DNA of 28,158 nucleotides from Candidatus Methylomirabilia bacterium (GCA_041497895.1 JBGQHJ010000057.1:1-28158); one strand, 5' to 3'; shown: positions 18,722-27,833, numbered from the stretch's first letter. The notes: generated by a model from the sequence alone, not told the origin. Numbers and translations are program-made.

Positions 18722-19177
18722 GTGAAGACGCGAGGACTCACCTACGAGGAGCACACCGTCGGCGCGGTGTACCAGACCCTGGGTCGCACCGTCTCGGAGG
18801 CGGACATCTGTGCCTTCGTCAACCTGTGCGGGTTCAACGAGCCGCTGTTCATGGACATGGAATACGTGGCCAAGGAATCGGTCTTCAAGCGGCGCGCCGC
18901 GCCGGGCGCCATGACCTTCAGCCTCTCGGAGGGGCTCATCATGCAGACCGGTCTCATCCACGGCACCGGCATGTCCTATCTCGGCGGCGAGGTCCGCATC
19001 GTCTCGCCGGTGCTCGAAGGCGACACCCTCCGCGTGAGCGTCACCATCGCCGACAAGCGCGAGACCAAGAAGCCCGATCGCGGCATCGTCACCTACCGGC
19101 ACGAGGTGACCAACCAGCGCGGCGAGATCGTGCTCGAGGCGACGGTGAAGCGGATGATCAAGCGCGCGGGCGCTTGA
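18722..19177 (+). CDS. MaoC/hotdog-fold dehydratase
   Basis: GRTVSEADI...F..L.G...PLFMD.EYV, PVLEGDTL, GIVT and NQRGEIV patterns. GGAGGA RBS before the GTG. The usual D-x4-H dyad reads FNEPLF here. Confidence 0.85.
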   Translation: MKTRGLTYEEHTVGAVYQTLGRTVSEADICAFVNLCGFNEPLFMDMEYVAKESVFKRRAAPGAMTFSLSEGLIMQTGLIHGTGMSYLGGEVRIVSPVLEGDTLRVSVTIADKRETKKPDRGIVTYRHEVTNQRGEIVLEATVKRMIKRAGA

Positions 19178-19196
19178 TACGGACCCGGGGGTGGCG

Positions 19197-19700
19197 ATGA
19201 GCGGAGTCGCCCGCATCGCGCAGGTCAGCCTGTCGTCCGGCGGAGTGCCGAAGCGCGCGGTACCGTCCGCCCGCGTCACCACTCTCGGGCTCGAGGGCGA
19301 CGTCCAGCGCAACCGGGAGCTCCACGGCGGTCCCGAGCGCGCGCTCTGTCTCTTCTCGCTCGAGCGGATCCGCGCCCTGCAGGCCGAGGGCCATCCGATC
19401 ACCCCCGGGAGCATCGGCGAGAACGTCACCCTGGAGGGAATCGACTGGCCCGCGGTGGCGCCCGGGATCTATCTGCGGCTGGGCTCGGACGTCGTCGTCC
19501 AGGTCACGCGCTACACGGCTCCCTGCGCGAACATCACCGGGTCCTTCCACGACCGCGACTATGCCCGGGTGTCGCAGAAGCGCCAGCCGGGCGAGAGCCG
19601 CGTCTACGCCCGCGTGCTGCGCGAAGGTGGCCTCGCGACCGGAGATCCGGCCCGGATCCTGACCGATGCCGAGGCCGCGGCCCTGATCGGTGACCGATGA
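19197..19700 (+). CDS. MOSC-domain protein (YiiM-like)
   Basis: GVPK, GLEGDVQ...HGGPERA, PGSIGENVT, QVT...PC (conserved Cys) and YARVLREG. Start could be GTG 19191. Confidence 0.9.
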   Translation: MSGVARIAQVSLSSGGVPKRAVPSARVTTLGLEGDVQRNRELHGGPERALCLFSLERIRALQAEGHPITPGSIGENVTLEGIDWPAVAPGIYLRLGSDVVVQVTRYTAPCANITGSFHDRDYARVSQKRQPGESRVYARVLREGGLATGDPARILTDAEAAALIGDR

Positions 19701-20917
19701 GGACCGCCGACGTCGTCATCGTCGGCGGTGGGGTGACCGGCGTCTCGATCGCGTTCCATCTCGCCGGACTGGGCGTCCGGCGGGTGCTGGTCCTCGAGCG
19801 CAAGTTCCTGGGCGCGGGAGGCACCGGTCGATCGGTCGGCATCGTCCGGCAGCTCTACCCGACCCGCGAGACGAGCGAGATGGTCTTGCGGTCGCTCGCG
19901 GTCTTCGAGCGATTCGGGGACGCGGTCGGTGGGGAGGCGGGCTACGTCCGCACCGGAGCGCTCATCGGCGTCTCGCCCGCCATGCGACCGACGCTCGAGC
20001 AAACCCTCGAGCTCCAGCGGGGCATCGGGATCAAGGCCGAGATCCTCGATCCCCGGGACCTGGGCCGCGTCGAGCCCCGCATCGACCCGTCCGGCCTGGG
20101 AGCGGTGCTGTGGGAGCCCGGCTCCGGTTACGGCGATCCCGCCGCGGTCACCGCCGGCTTCGCGGGCGCGGCGCGACGGCGTGGCGCCGTGATCGAGCAA
20201 GGGGTCGACGTGGTCGCGATCCGCCGGGAGGCCGGCCGGGTCATCGGGGTGGACACCGCGAGCGGCGAGCAGATCGACGCGCCGGTGGTGATCAACGCGG
20301 CCGGCCTGTGGGCCCCACGTGTCGGACGGCTCGCCGGCGTCGAGCTGCCGATCGTGATCGGGCGGCATCCGGTGTTCGTCGTGTCCCGCCCGGCCCAGTT
20401 CGGCGCAGCCCATCCCGTGTACCTGGACCTGGCCGGCGGCAGCTACGTCAGGCCCGAGACCGGAGGTCTCACGATCACCGGGTCGCTTACCGACGACGAG
20501 GCGCAGCACCCGATGGACGCCGACCTGCTGGGCGCCGAGGCCGGCTTCGACGAGGCGGCGGAGGTGCTCACCCGCACCGCCCGGGCCATCCCCGCGCTGA
20601 CGGAGGCCCGATTCAGCCGCGGCTACGCGGGCGCTTTCGACATCACCCCGGACTGGATGCCGATCCTCGACGAGTCGCCTGTGCACGGCTTCTGGATCGC
20701 CGCCGGCATGTCCGGCCACGGCTTCAAGCTCTCCCCCGCGGTCGGTGAGATGGTCGCGGCGCTCGTCACCGGCGCACGGCCCCCGGTCGGCGCGGCGCCG
20801 TTCCGGCTCGACCGCTTCGACGCCTCGGCTCCGACGGGCGCGACCTTCGTCTCGTCCTATTTGCGCCCGCCCGACCAGCCGGCGGCCGCCGGACCGCGCG
20901 AGGGATCGGGCGCGTGA
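19697..20917 (+). CDS. FAD-dependent oxidoreductase (DAO/sarcosine oxidase-like family)
   Basis: DVVIVGGGVTG dinucleotide-binding motif, GAGGTGRSVG, VINAAGLW, TPDWMPIL and GMSGHGFKLSPAVG. Confidence 0.9.
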   Translation: MRTADVVIVGGGVTGVSIAFHLAGLGVRRVLVLERKFLGAGGTGRSVGIVRQLYPTRETSEMVLRSLAVFERFGDAVGGEAGYVRTGALIGVSPAMRPTLEQTLELQRGIGIKAEILDPRDLGRVEPRIDPSGLGAVLWEPGSGYGDPAAVTAGFAGAARRRGAVIEQGVDVVAIRREAGRVIGVDTASGEQIDAPVVINAAGLWAPRVGRLAGVELPIVIGRHPVFVVSRPAQFGAAHPVYLDLAGGSYVRPETGGLTITGSLTDDEAQHPMDADLLGAEAGFDEAAEVLTRTARAIPALTEARFSRGYAGAFDITPDWMPILDESPVHGFWIAAGMSGHGFKLSPAVGEMVAALVTGARPPVGAAPFRLDRFDASAPTGATFVSSYLRPPDQPAAAGPREGSGA

Positions 20918-22710
20918 CCGATCTCGCTCCCCGGTCGCCGACGGCCGGCCGGATCGTCGCCGTCCTGTCCGGGGCCTTCCTCATCCTGGTGTTCTTCGGG
21001 CTCTCGATGACGGCCCCGGGACTGCGGATCACGTTCCGCGCGCCGCTCAGCGCGAGCTCCCCGGGAGAGGTCTACTTCTGGCTGGGTCACGCGTTCTTGC
21101 TATTCCCGGCCTCGTGCCTGATCGGCTGGGGCCTCGCAGACCGGATCGGGCCGGCCCTCGTGCGGCTCCGGGCCGAGGTCAATCGGCTGGGGCCCCGGGA
21201 TCTGGGCCTGGGCGCGCTGGCCCTGTTCCTGTTGACGATGGCCCTGGCGAGGGTCGGGCGGTTCGTCGTCCTGTACGATTTCCCCTTCACCGACGACGAG
21301 TACGCGACCCAGTTCGGAGGCTATGTCTTCGCGACGGGGCGAGCGGCCGCGGAGCTGCTCCTGCCGAAGAACGCGATCCCGAGCCTCGGTCTCTTCTACC
21401 GTGACGGCATGGTCTCGCGGGCCGACTGGCCGGGCGCCCAGGCGGTATGGGCCATCGGCGAGGTGACCCGGCTCGGACCGTTCGTGTGGGCGGTGCTGGC
21501 CGCGATCCCGGTGGTCGCCCTCGCGGTCCTGATGCGACGCCGGCTCGACCCGGGCTGGGGGCTGGGGGCCGCCGTGATCTTCCTCTGCTCGCCGATGGCC
21601 CTGATGCTCTCGCTGACCTCCCACGCCCACCTGGGCTCCCGGGCGATGCTGGCGCTGGCCATCCTCGGGTACTGGCTCGCCGAGCAGCGCGGCACCCTCC
21701 GCCTCTGGGCGCTCACCGGACTCGCCTTCGGCCTCGCGTTCCTGTTTCGGCCGCTCGAGATCATATTCTTCTCGGTGCCGCTGCTCGGGTGGGCCGCGTT
21801 CCAGAGCATCCGGAAGACGCCCGGCTACTCACGGGCCCTGGCCGGGCTGGTGCTGGGCGGCCTCGTCCCGGTGCTCCTCATGTGCGCGCACGCCTACGCG
21901 GTGACCGGGAATCCATTCGTCCCGCCGCGGCTCGACGATCCGGCCGCGGTCGCCCAGGACTCGATCACCGGCGCCCTCTGGTACCGGTTCGGGGCCAACG
22001 TGGGCTACAACACCTTCATGCTCGCGATCTGGTTCCTGGGCCCGCTCGGCATCGTGCTATTCGCCGCCGGGGTGATGACGGATCGCTTCACACGGCTGCT
22101 CGGACTCGGCGCGGTGACCGGTCTCGGTCTGGCGCTGCTGCACACCAACATGGGCCTCCACACGGTGGGCCCGATCCACTACTCCGAGCTGGCACCGCCC
22201 TTCGCGATCATCGCGGTGCACGGGCTCGTCAACATCCTGCGCGCGGCCCGAGCCCACCACATCGAGCCGGTGCCGATCGCGAGCGCGGTCGTCGTCGCGC
22301 TGGGATTGGGCCTCGGCCTCTTCAGCCTGACCCACGCGGCGGCGATGCAGGAGCAGGCGGGTATCCAGGCCACCGTGTACGAGTGGATCGAGCGAACGCG
22401 CCCGACCCCCGACGCGCCGAAAGTCGTGGTGCTGGCTCCTCAGTTCGGCGCGACCTGGATCCGCCTGCCCGGCATGGCCCGGATCGGCACGTGGGTCTTC
22501 GAGTGGCGGCGGCCTCATCCCGATCTGCACGACGACCTGCTGATCCTGCACGATCTGCCCGGCCTGGACGGCACGCTGCGGCAGCGCTTCCCGGATCGGC
22601 GACTCTACCGGCTGCTGCTCTTCGGCGGGCCCCCGTTCGGGGCGCTCGTGCCCCTCGACGCGCCCCCGCAGACCCCGGCGATCCTCTACGCGCCTCCGGC
22701 CGGCGGCTGA
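20914..22710 (+). CDS. Multi-pass membrane protein, probable GT-C (ArnT/PMT-like) glycosyltransferase
   Basis: More than 10 hydrophobic segments, an acidic DDEY motif in an early loop, SP...S, GLAFLFRP and TGNPF patterns typical of ArnT/PMT_2-like proteins, and a soluble C-terminal domain. GTGA overlap with the upstream gene. Confidence 0.62.
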   Translation: MTDLAPRSPTAGRIVAVLSGAFLILVFFGLSMTAPGLRITFRAPLSASSPGEVYFWLGHAFLLFPASCLIGWGLADRIGPALVRLRAEVNRLGPRDLGLGALALFLLTMALARVGRFVVLYDFPFTDDEYATQFGGYVFATGRAAAELLLPKNAIPSLGLFYRDGMVSRADWPGAQAVWAIGEVTRLGPFVWAVLAAIPVVALAVLMRRRLDPGWGLGAAVIFLCSPMALMLSLTSHAHLGSRAMLALAILGYWLAEQRGTLRLWALTGLAFGLAFLFRPLEIIFFSVPLLGWAAFQSIRKTPGYSRALAGLVLGGLVPVLLMCAHAYAVTGNPFVPPRLDDPAAVAQDSITGALWYRFGANVGYNTFMLAIWFLGPLGIVLFAAGVMTDRFTRLLGLGAVTGLGLALLHTNMGLHTVGPIHYSELAPPFAIIAVHGLVNILRAARAHHIEPVPIASAVVVALGLGLGLFSLTHAAAMQEQAGIQATVYEWIERTRPTPDAPKVVVLAPQFGATWIRLPGMARIGTWVFEWRRPHPDLHDDLLILHDLPGLDGTLRQRFPDRRLYRLLLFGGPPFGALVPLDAPPQTPAILYAPPAGG

Positions 22711-22731
22711 GGCCCGGCCGGCCGGCGGGCC
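22711..22731. terminator. Possible short GC hairpin between convergent operons
   Basis: GGCCCG (22711-22716) pairs with CGGGCC (22726-22731) in the 25-nt gap between two convergent stops. No U-tract. Confidence 0.3.
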
Positions 22732-22735
22732 GATC

Positions 22736-23416
22736 CTAGGCGGCGCCCTCGCAGGAGATACAGACCAGGTTGGATCGCAGCAGGGGAAGCCCGGATCTCA
22801 CCAGGCGGTTCCGGCGCGAGGACGGAAAGAGCGAGAGGAACGACGAGGCGTCCAGCAGGTTGAGGTTGTCGATGTCCGCGAAGTAGGAGTGGCCGAGCGC
22901 CCGCAGCGCCGCGCGATAGGCGCCGTCCGGCAGCCAGTGCAGGAGCGGCAGGAACGTGTGCAGCTCGACCGGGAAGCGCTTGTTCGGCGTGGTGAAGAGG
23001 ACGCAGCGAGAGACGCGGCACACTTCCGCGACCAGCGCGACCTGCTGATCACGGGATCCCGCGTGCTCGACCACCGCGTTGCAGATCCCGTAGTCGAAGT
23101 AGCGGTCGGGGAGCGGGATCGAGCGCAGGTCGGCCTCGACATACCGGGAGCCCGGAAACGCCTCCGCGAACCACGCCGCCTCCTCGGCCCGACGGCCGAT
23201 CACGGTCAGGCTCTCCCGGTACGGATACAGGGTCTCGAAGAAGTAGTGCACCGGGTGATCGCGATGACCCGAGACTCCGAAGTCGGCGACCCGGGCGTTG
23301 GGCCCGGGCGAGAACTCGCGCATGAATCGCTCGAAGATCCGCCGCCGCACCTGGAAGGCGAGGTCGTTCTTGATCCGGTCGAGGGCACCCAGCTCGGTCG
23401 AGTAGCGAAGCGCCAC
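22736..23416 (-). CDS. Class I SAM-dependent methyltransferase-like protein
   Basis: Variant motif I VADFGVSG, then ADLRSIPLPDRYFD, CNAVVEH and TTPNKRFPVELH. Confidence 0.8.
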   Translation of the reverse strand: MALRYSTELGALDRIKNDLAFQVRRRIFERFMREFSPGPNARVADFGVSGHRDHPVHYFFETLYPYRESLTVIGRRAEEAAWFAEAFPGSRYVEADLRSIPLPDRYFDYGICNAVVEHAGSRDQQVALVAEVCRVSRCVLFTTPNKRFPVELHTFLPLLHWLPDGAYRAALRALGHSYFADIDNLNLLDASSFLSLFPSSRRNRLVRSGLPLLRSNLVCISCEGAA

Positions 23417-23425
23417 CGCGTTCCC

Positions 23426-24358
23426 CTATGCCTCCGGGCGGCGGGCGATGAAGGCCATCGTGGCGGTGCGACTCACCAGGGATTGCAGGATGGTGACGGG
23501 GAGGAAAGGAGCGATGAGCGCGGGGTACCAGCGCACCCGCCCGTTGGCCGGCACCCGCAGACCCGCCCGATCGGCCAGCCAGTTCTGGATGCCCGCGCTC
23601 CAGCCGACGGTGCGCAGGCGCGGGACGATCCGAGTCCCGACGAAGCCGGCCTGCTCGCAGGCCCGGGTGATCGTCTCGGGGCTGAACAGGGCGATATGTC
23701 GGGGAAAGTGGAGCGCCCCCCAGTGGCGGCCGAAGAGCCGGAAGTCCCAGCAATCGATGTTCGGGGTCTCGCCGAAGAGTACCCCTCCTGGGCGCAGGAG
23801 CTCCCAGGCTCGCTGCAGGGTCGCGATCGGGTCCCGGACGTGCTCGATGACGTGGCCCATGCGGATGAGGTCGAAGGATCCCGGAGGGAAATCGGTGTCG
23901 ACGAGGTCGCCCTGCCGGACGTTGAAGCCACGCCGGGCCGCCTGGCGGGCCGCTTCCGCGTCGAGCTCGAGCCCGCACACCTCCCACTTCCCCGCCCCCG
24001 CGAGGGCGGTCAGGGCTCCGCCAGCCCCGCACCCGACGTCCAGCACCCGACCGCGGAGCCCGATCAGACGGGCCACCCGCCGCGCGTCGAGCCAGTAGGT
24101 GAGCCGGAAGAGCCAACCGACGACCGGATCGTCTCCGTAGACGGCGTAGGTCGCCGGATAGTACGTGGGAATCACGTCGAGGGCCGGCCGGGGCGTCTGG
24201 TAGTAGAGGTCGCACGTGGTGCAATGCGACAGGGTGAACCGTCCGGGCACGCCGTACTCGTAGTCCTCGGCTTCGAGCACGGGGACCGCGTGGCGATCGG
24301 ATCGACAGAGATCGCAAACCGCTCCGGTGAGCTGGTCCGGCTGCACCCGCCGGGTCAT
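23426..24358 (-). CDS. Class I SAM-dependent methyltransferase with N-terminal Cys4 (Zn-ribbon) domain
   Basis: CDLC...CTTC, VLDVGCGAG, FDLI..GHVIEHVRDP, LRPGG and TPN. ATG 24358 overlaps the desaturase stop. Confidence 0.88.
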   Translation of the reverse strand: MTRRVQPDQLTGAVCDLCRSDRHAVPVLEAEDYEYGVPGRFTLSHCTTCDLYYQTPRPALDVIPTYYPATYAVYGDDPVVGWLFRLTYWLDARRVARLIGLRGRVLDVGCGAGGALTALAGAGKWEVCGLELDAEAARQAARRGFNVRQGDLVDTDFPPGSFDLIRMGHVIEHVRDPIATLQRAWELLRPGGVLFGETPNIDCWDFRLFGRHWGALHFPRHIALFSPETITRACEQAGFVGTRIVPRLRTVGWSAGIQNWLADRAGLRVPANGRVRWYPALIAPFLPVTILQSLVSRTATMAFIARRPEA

Positions 24359-25398
24359 ACGCTCTCCCGAACCGCCGCGCCGGCCCGCCACTCGGCCCGC
24401 ATCTTCTGGAAGAGGAAGCCGAAATAGCTCCGGTTGGTGGGCACCGGGATGCCGGCCGCCATGAGAAGGCGGTGTACGTGGGGCAGGTTGTAGTTCGGAA
24501 TGCTCGGGAAGACGTGGTGCTCGTAGTGCAGGTACTGGCCGAAGGGGGCGATGATCCATCGCTCCAGGACGTTCAGCCGGCTGGTCCGCGTCATCCAGGC
24601 CTCCTGCGGCGAGGTGGGCTGATAGCCCGCCTCGAATCCGTGCTCGGCGATCGAGCGAACCCGGATCTGGAGCGGGTAGAGGGTCATGATCGGCAGGATG
24701 TGCAGCAGCAGGTAGGCCCATGGCCCGCCGGTCACCGTGTAGATCGAGAGGAGCACGATCTGGGTAGCCGCCACCGGGACCATCGCCGCGGCCATCCGCG
24801 CGAAGTAGCGCGGGGTGAGGCGGCGCCAGGGCGACACCGAGTAGGTGGTCCGATCCGACTGGGAGTACTGGAGCAGCCGCTTGATCGCGGAGACGAAGAG
24901 CAGGTCGCCCAGCAGGCCGCGAAGCACCGCCGACGACGACGCGCTCGGCTGGCTGAAGATGATGTCCGGATCTCGGTCGGTATTGAGATAGAGATGGTGG
25001 TCCATGTGGGCGGTCCGGTGGCCGGAGCGGGTATAGCCGAGCAGGTACGCGAAGAGATTCCCCAGGCTGCGGTTCAGGCGCGGATCTCGGAAGAGCGTGC
25101 CGTGGTCGCTCTCGTGGACGAGCTGCGCGGCGCAATTGAAGTTCCGGATCGCGCAGAGGGCCAGGAGCGCGAAGGTCCACCACCGGGGGTGGAGCCCGAA
25201 CAGCACCGGCACCGCGACGAACGAGGCGAGGGTGCCGAGCACGTCCAGCGCGCTACGACCATCGCGCATCCGGTGGGCGGCCCGGAGCGCCTCGAGGCTG
25301 ATCGCCCCCGACTGGAGCGCCTCGCGCGCGGAGCGTGGCGCCCCCACCGTCATCTCGTCGAGACCACCCGCCCTACGGCTCGATTCGGTCGCGTCCAT
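24355..25398 (-). CDS. Membrane-bound fatty acid desaturase family (His-box diiron) protein
   Basis: Three His boxes HESDH, HMDHH and HYEHH, plus EHG, FPSIPNYNLP and hydrophobic segments. Start at ATG 25398 (AGGA upstream) or ATG 25353. Confidence 0.88.
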   Translation of the reverse strand: MDATESSRRAGGLDEMTVGAPRSAREALQSGAISLEALRAAHRMRDGRSALDVLGTLASFVAVPVLFGLHPRWWTFALLALCAIRNFNCAAQLVHESDHGTLFRDPRLNRSLGNLFAYLLGYTRSGHRTAHMDHHLYLNTDRDPDIIFSQPSASSSAVLRGLLGDLLFVSAIKRLLQYSQSDRTTYSVSPWRRLTPRYFARMAAAMVPVAATQIVLLSIYTVTGGPWAYLLLHILPIMTLYPLQIRVRSIAEHGFEAGYQPTSPQEAWMTRTSRLNVLERWIIAPFGQYLHYEHHVFPSIPNYNLPHVHRLLMAAGIPVPTNRSYFGFLFQKMRAEWRAGAAVRESV

Positions 25399-25409
25399 GT
25401 GGTCGTGTC

Positions 25410-25934
25410 CTAGAGTGCCTTCATGCGAAGGATGTGGCGGGCGGCCAGTCCCACGCTGCCCCCGATCCAGCCCTTGGCGGTCAGGACGAATCGGTCCCCG
25501 CGCGTGGCGAGGAAGCCGTTGCGCACCATGATGTCCAACCGGTCCTGCATCAGCACCTCCACCCCGCACATCGCCTGCATCTGCGCCAGGGTGAGCCGTT
25601 GCTGGGGTGCCCGGGCCAGCTCGATCAGGAGGCGCACCGTGATCGACCGGTCCGCGTGGGAGTAGAAGAGGCCCGCGGTGAGGAAGAGCAGCACGTGGAC
25701 CAGGAGCCCGTTGGCCAGGCCGAGTCGCCAGTCGGCGCCCACGAACCCGTCGCCCAGGATTCCCAGATCGGCGGGAAGGAGCCAGTAGAGGACGAGATAG
25801 AGGGGAACCGTCGGCGAGAACCACGTCAGCATGGAGCTGAACGCCTTCCGGGGCGCCGCGACATGGAACACCACCGCCTGTACCACCAGCCACAGGGCCA
25901 TGAGCGTGCCGCTCAGCACGAGTCCCTTCAGCAC
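25410..25934 (-). CDS. Hypothetical membrane protein (3 predicted TM helices plus putative winged-helix C-terminus), paralog B
   Basis: C-terminal part of ORF 25410..26813, starting at GTG 25934 (GGTGAGG upstream). Hydrophobic N-half and shares WLLPADLG and NGLL..LLF with the adjacent gene. Confidence 0.7.
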   Translation of the reverse strand: MLKGLVLSGTLMALWLVVQAVVFHVAAPRKAFSSMLTWFSPTVPLYLVLYWLLPADLGILGDGFVGADWRLGLANGLLVHVLLFLTAGLFYSHADRSITVRLLIELARAPQQRLTLAQMQAMCGVEVLMQDRLDIMVRNGFLATRGDRFVLTAKGWIGGSVGLAARHILRMKAL

Positions 25935-25945
25935 GGCCTCACCCG

Positions 25946-26482
25946 TCAGACCCCGACCCGGGCGTTGATCAGGCGCTTGAGGAAGGATCCCAGGGCCGCG
26001 ACCCGCCCACCCCGGGACAGGAGCCGGTACCCCCCCGCGTCCTCTCTCACGTAGCCGCCCCGAAGGAGCTTCGGGAGCCGGCGCTGGAAGATGAGGTTCA
26101 CCGGCTCCCCGCTCCCGTGGATCGCGAGCGCCGCCGGCGCGGTCATCCCCTCGCGGCCGCGGAGCCTCAGGGCCACCATCACGCTCATGGACGGGCTCAG
26201 GCAGGCGAAGTACGCGAAGCACCAGTAGCCGTGGAACAACAGGACCAGCAGCAGCAGTCCGTTTCCGAAGTCGACGAGCGGCGCGGCCTCCCGGCCACCC
26301 ACCGGGATGAAGCCCAGGTCGGCGGGCAGCAGCCAAAACGCCCCCGTGTAGAGGGCGACCGCCGCGGCGAACGCCCCCAGGAACACCTTGAACTCCTTGT
26401 TGCCCGAGTACACGCGCAGGGCTGCCACGCTGCCCACCACCAGGAGCGCCAGCGCCGCCGCCGCGAGGATCAGACCCTTCAT
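25946..26482 (-). CDS. Hypothetical membrane protein (3 predicted TM helices plus putative winged-helix C-terminus), paralog A
   Basis: 178-aa ORF whose ATG directly abuts the transaldolase stop. Hydrophobic N-half, similar to the adjacent gene. Confidence 0.75.
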   Translation of the reverse strand: MKGLILAAAALALLVVGSVAALRVYSGNKEFKVFLGAFAAAVALYTGAFWLLPADLGFIPVGGREAAPLVDFGNGLLLLVLLFHGYWCFAYFACLSPSMSVMVALRLRGREGMTAPAALAIHGSGEPVNLIFQRRLPKLLRGGYVREDAGGYRLLSRGGRVAALGSFLKRLINARVGV

Positions 26483-27154
26483 CTACTGCATCCACTTCTG
26501 GAAATCGGTGACGAACTGCCGCACCGCTTCGTCGGTCTTCGGATGGCTCACCATCGCTCGGAAGAACTTGGGTGGCACCGTCACGATATCGGCCCCGCTC
26601 TGGAACGCCTCGCTGATGTCCGCGATGTGGCGGATGCTCCCCACGATGATCTCGCACGGAAGCTCGCGCTCCCGGAACGTGGCCCGGACGTCGCGCACCA
26701 CCGCCGCCGCGTCGTAGCCGATGTCCCGGATGCGCCCGTAGAACAAGCTGACGAAGTTGGCCCCCGCCGCGGCCGCCATCATGGCCTGCCCGTACGACAT
26801 GCAACACGTGCAATTCACCGGGACCCCGCGCAGCCGCAGCTCGCGGATGACGGCCAGCTCGTCCCAGCCCACCGGGATCTTGACGTTGAGTTTGGGGTAG
26901 TGGCCGAAGTAGCGGACGAAGTCCTCCGCCTGGGAGATCATCTCCTCCGGGCGGGTGGAGAAGACCTCGACGCTCAGCGGGATGTCGTAGCCGTACCGCA
27001 GCACGAGCTCGATGATCTTGTTGATGTGCTCGCGGAAGTCCGCCTTCTCTTCCTTGGCCAGGATCGAGGGGTTCGTGGTGATGCCCGCCGGAAAGCCGCG
27101 CTCGAGCGCCTCCTCGATCTCCAGCAGGTTCGCCGAGTCGACGAAGATCTTCAT
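26483..27154 (-). CDS. Transaldolase (small TalC/FSA-type family)
   Basis: MKIFVDSAN, GITTNPSIL, SVEV, VKIP (Schiff-base Lys), FVSLFYGR, GSIR and GADIVTVPP. GGAGG RBS at 27161-27165. Confidence 0.93.
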   Translation of the reverse strand: MKIFVDSANLLEIEEALERGFPAGITTNPSILAKEEKADFREHINKIIELVLRYGYDIPLSVEVFSTRPEEMISQAEDFVRYFGHYPKLNVKIPVGWDELAVIRELRLRGVPVNCTCCMSYGQAMMAAAAGANFVSLFYGRIRDIGYDAAAVVRDVRATFRERELPCEIIVGSIRHIADISEAFQSGADIVTVPPKFFRAMVSHPKTDEAVRQFVTDFQKWMQ

Positions 27155-27179
27155 GGTCTTCCTCCAGGGTTCCGCACCG

Positions 27180-27833
27180 TCACTCCGTCACGGTCCAGTA
27201 GTAGTCACCGCGATAGCCCGCCTCCGCGAACAGCCCGCGCCAGCCGGCCGGTTCGAAGTACGTCCGCGCGGTGAGCTGCCAGCGCTCGAATTTCTCCCGC
27301 TGCGACTCGTTCAGCCACGAATCCACCTGCACGTAGCGGTGCCGGCGCGCGACCCGCTCGATCTCGGCGAGCGCGCGCACGCACGCGGGCCGCTCGAGGT
27401 TGTGGACGGTATTGATCGACACGACCAGATCCACGCTCTTGTCGGCGAAGGGAAGGCGATCCGCCGAGCCCAGGATCAGGCGCGGGCGGACGTCGTCCAT
27501 CGCGTGGGCGATCGCGTAGCTCGAGACGTCGAGGCCCGCGACCCGGAGGCCGGGGACGACCCGGAGGAGGTCGTGGAGCAGGAATCCCTTGGCGCAGCCG
27601 ACGTCGAGGACCCGCTGGCCCGCGGTGAGCCCGTAGTGGTCGCGGAACCGCTCCGCGACCGGGACCCATCGCCCGTCGTAGCGGTAGCCGCCGTAGCCCT
27701 GGCCGCGATCGCCGTCGAAGTACTCGCGGGCGAACCGGCTCGCGACCTCGCGCTGGGCCGGCACCGCGGCGGCCCGCGCGGCGATGTCGCGGCTCGTGCG
27801 GGGGTAGCGGTCGAGGAGGTCCACCTCACCCAC
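27180..27833 (-). CDS. Class I SAM-dependent methyltransferase
   Basis: VLDVGCAKGFL, GLDVSSYA, LPFADKSVDLVVSINTVHNL and an aromatic N-terminal EYFDGDRGQGYGGYRYDGRW segment. Confidence 0.88.
   Translation of the reverse strand: MGEVDLLDRYPRTSRDIAARAAAVPAQREVASRFAREYFDGDRGQGYGGYRYDGRWVPVAERFRDHYGLTAGQRVLDVGCAKGFLLHDLLRVVPGLRVAGLDVSSYAIAHAMDDVRPRLILGSADRLPFADKSVDLVVSINTVHNLERPACVRALAEIERVARRHRYVQVDSWLNESQREKFERWQLTARTYFEPAGWRGLFAEAGYRGDYYWTVTE

Noticed and set aside
24359..26813. Apparent 585-, 512- and 467-aa ORFs on the minus strand
   Set aside because: Only their C-terminal parts look like real proteins (starts 24358, 25398/25353 and 25934). The upstream parts overlap real genes in other frames.
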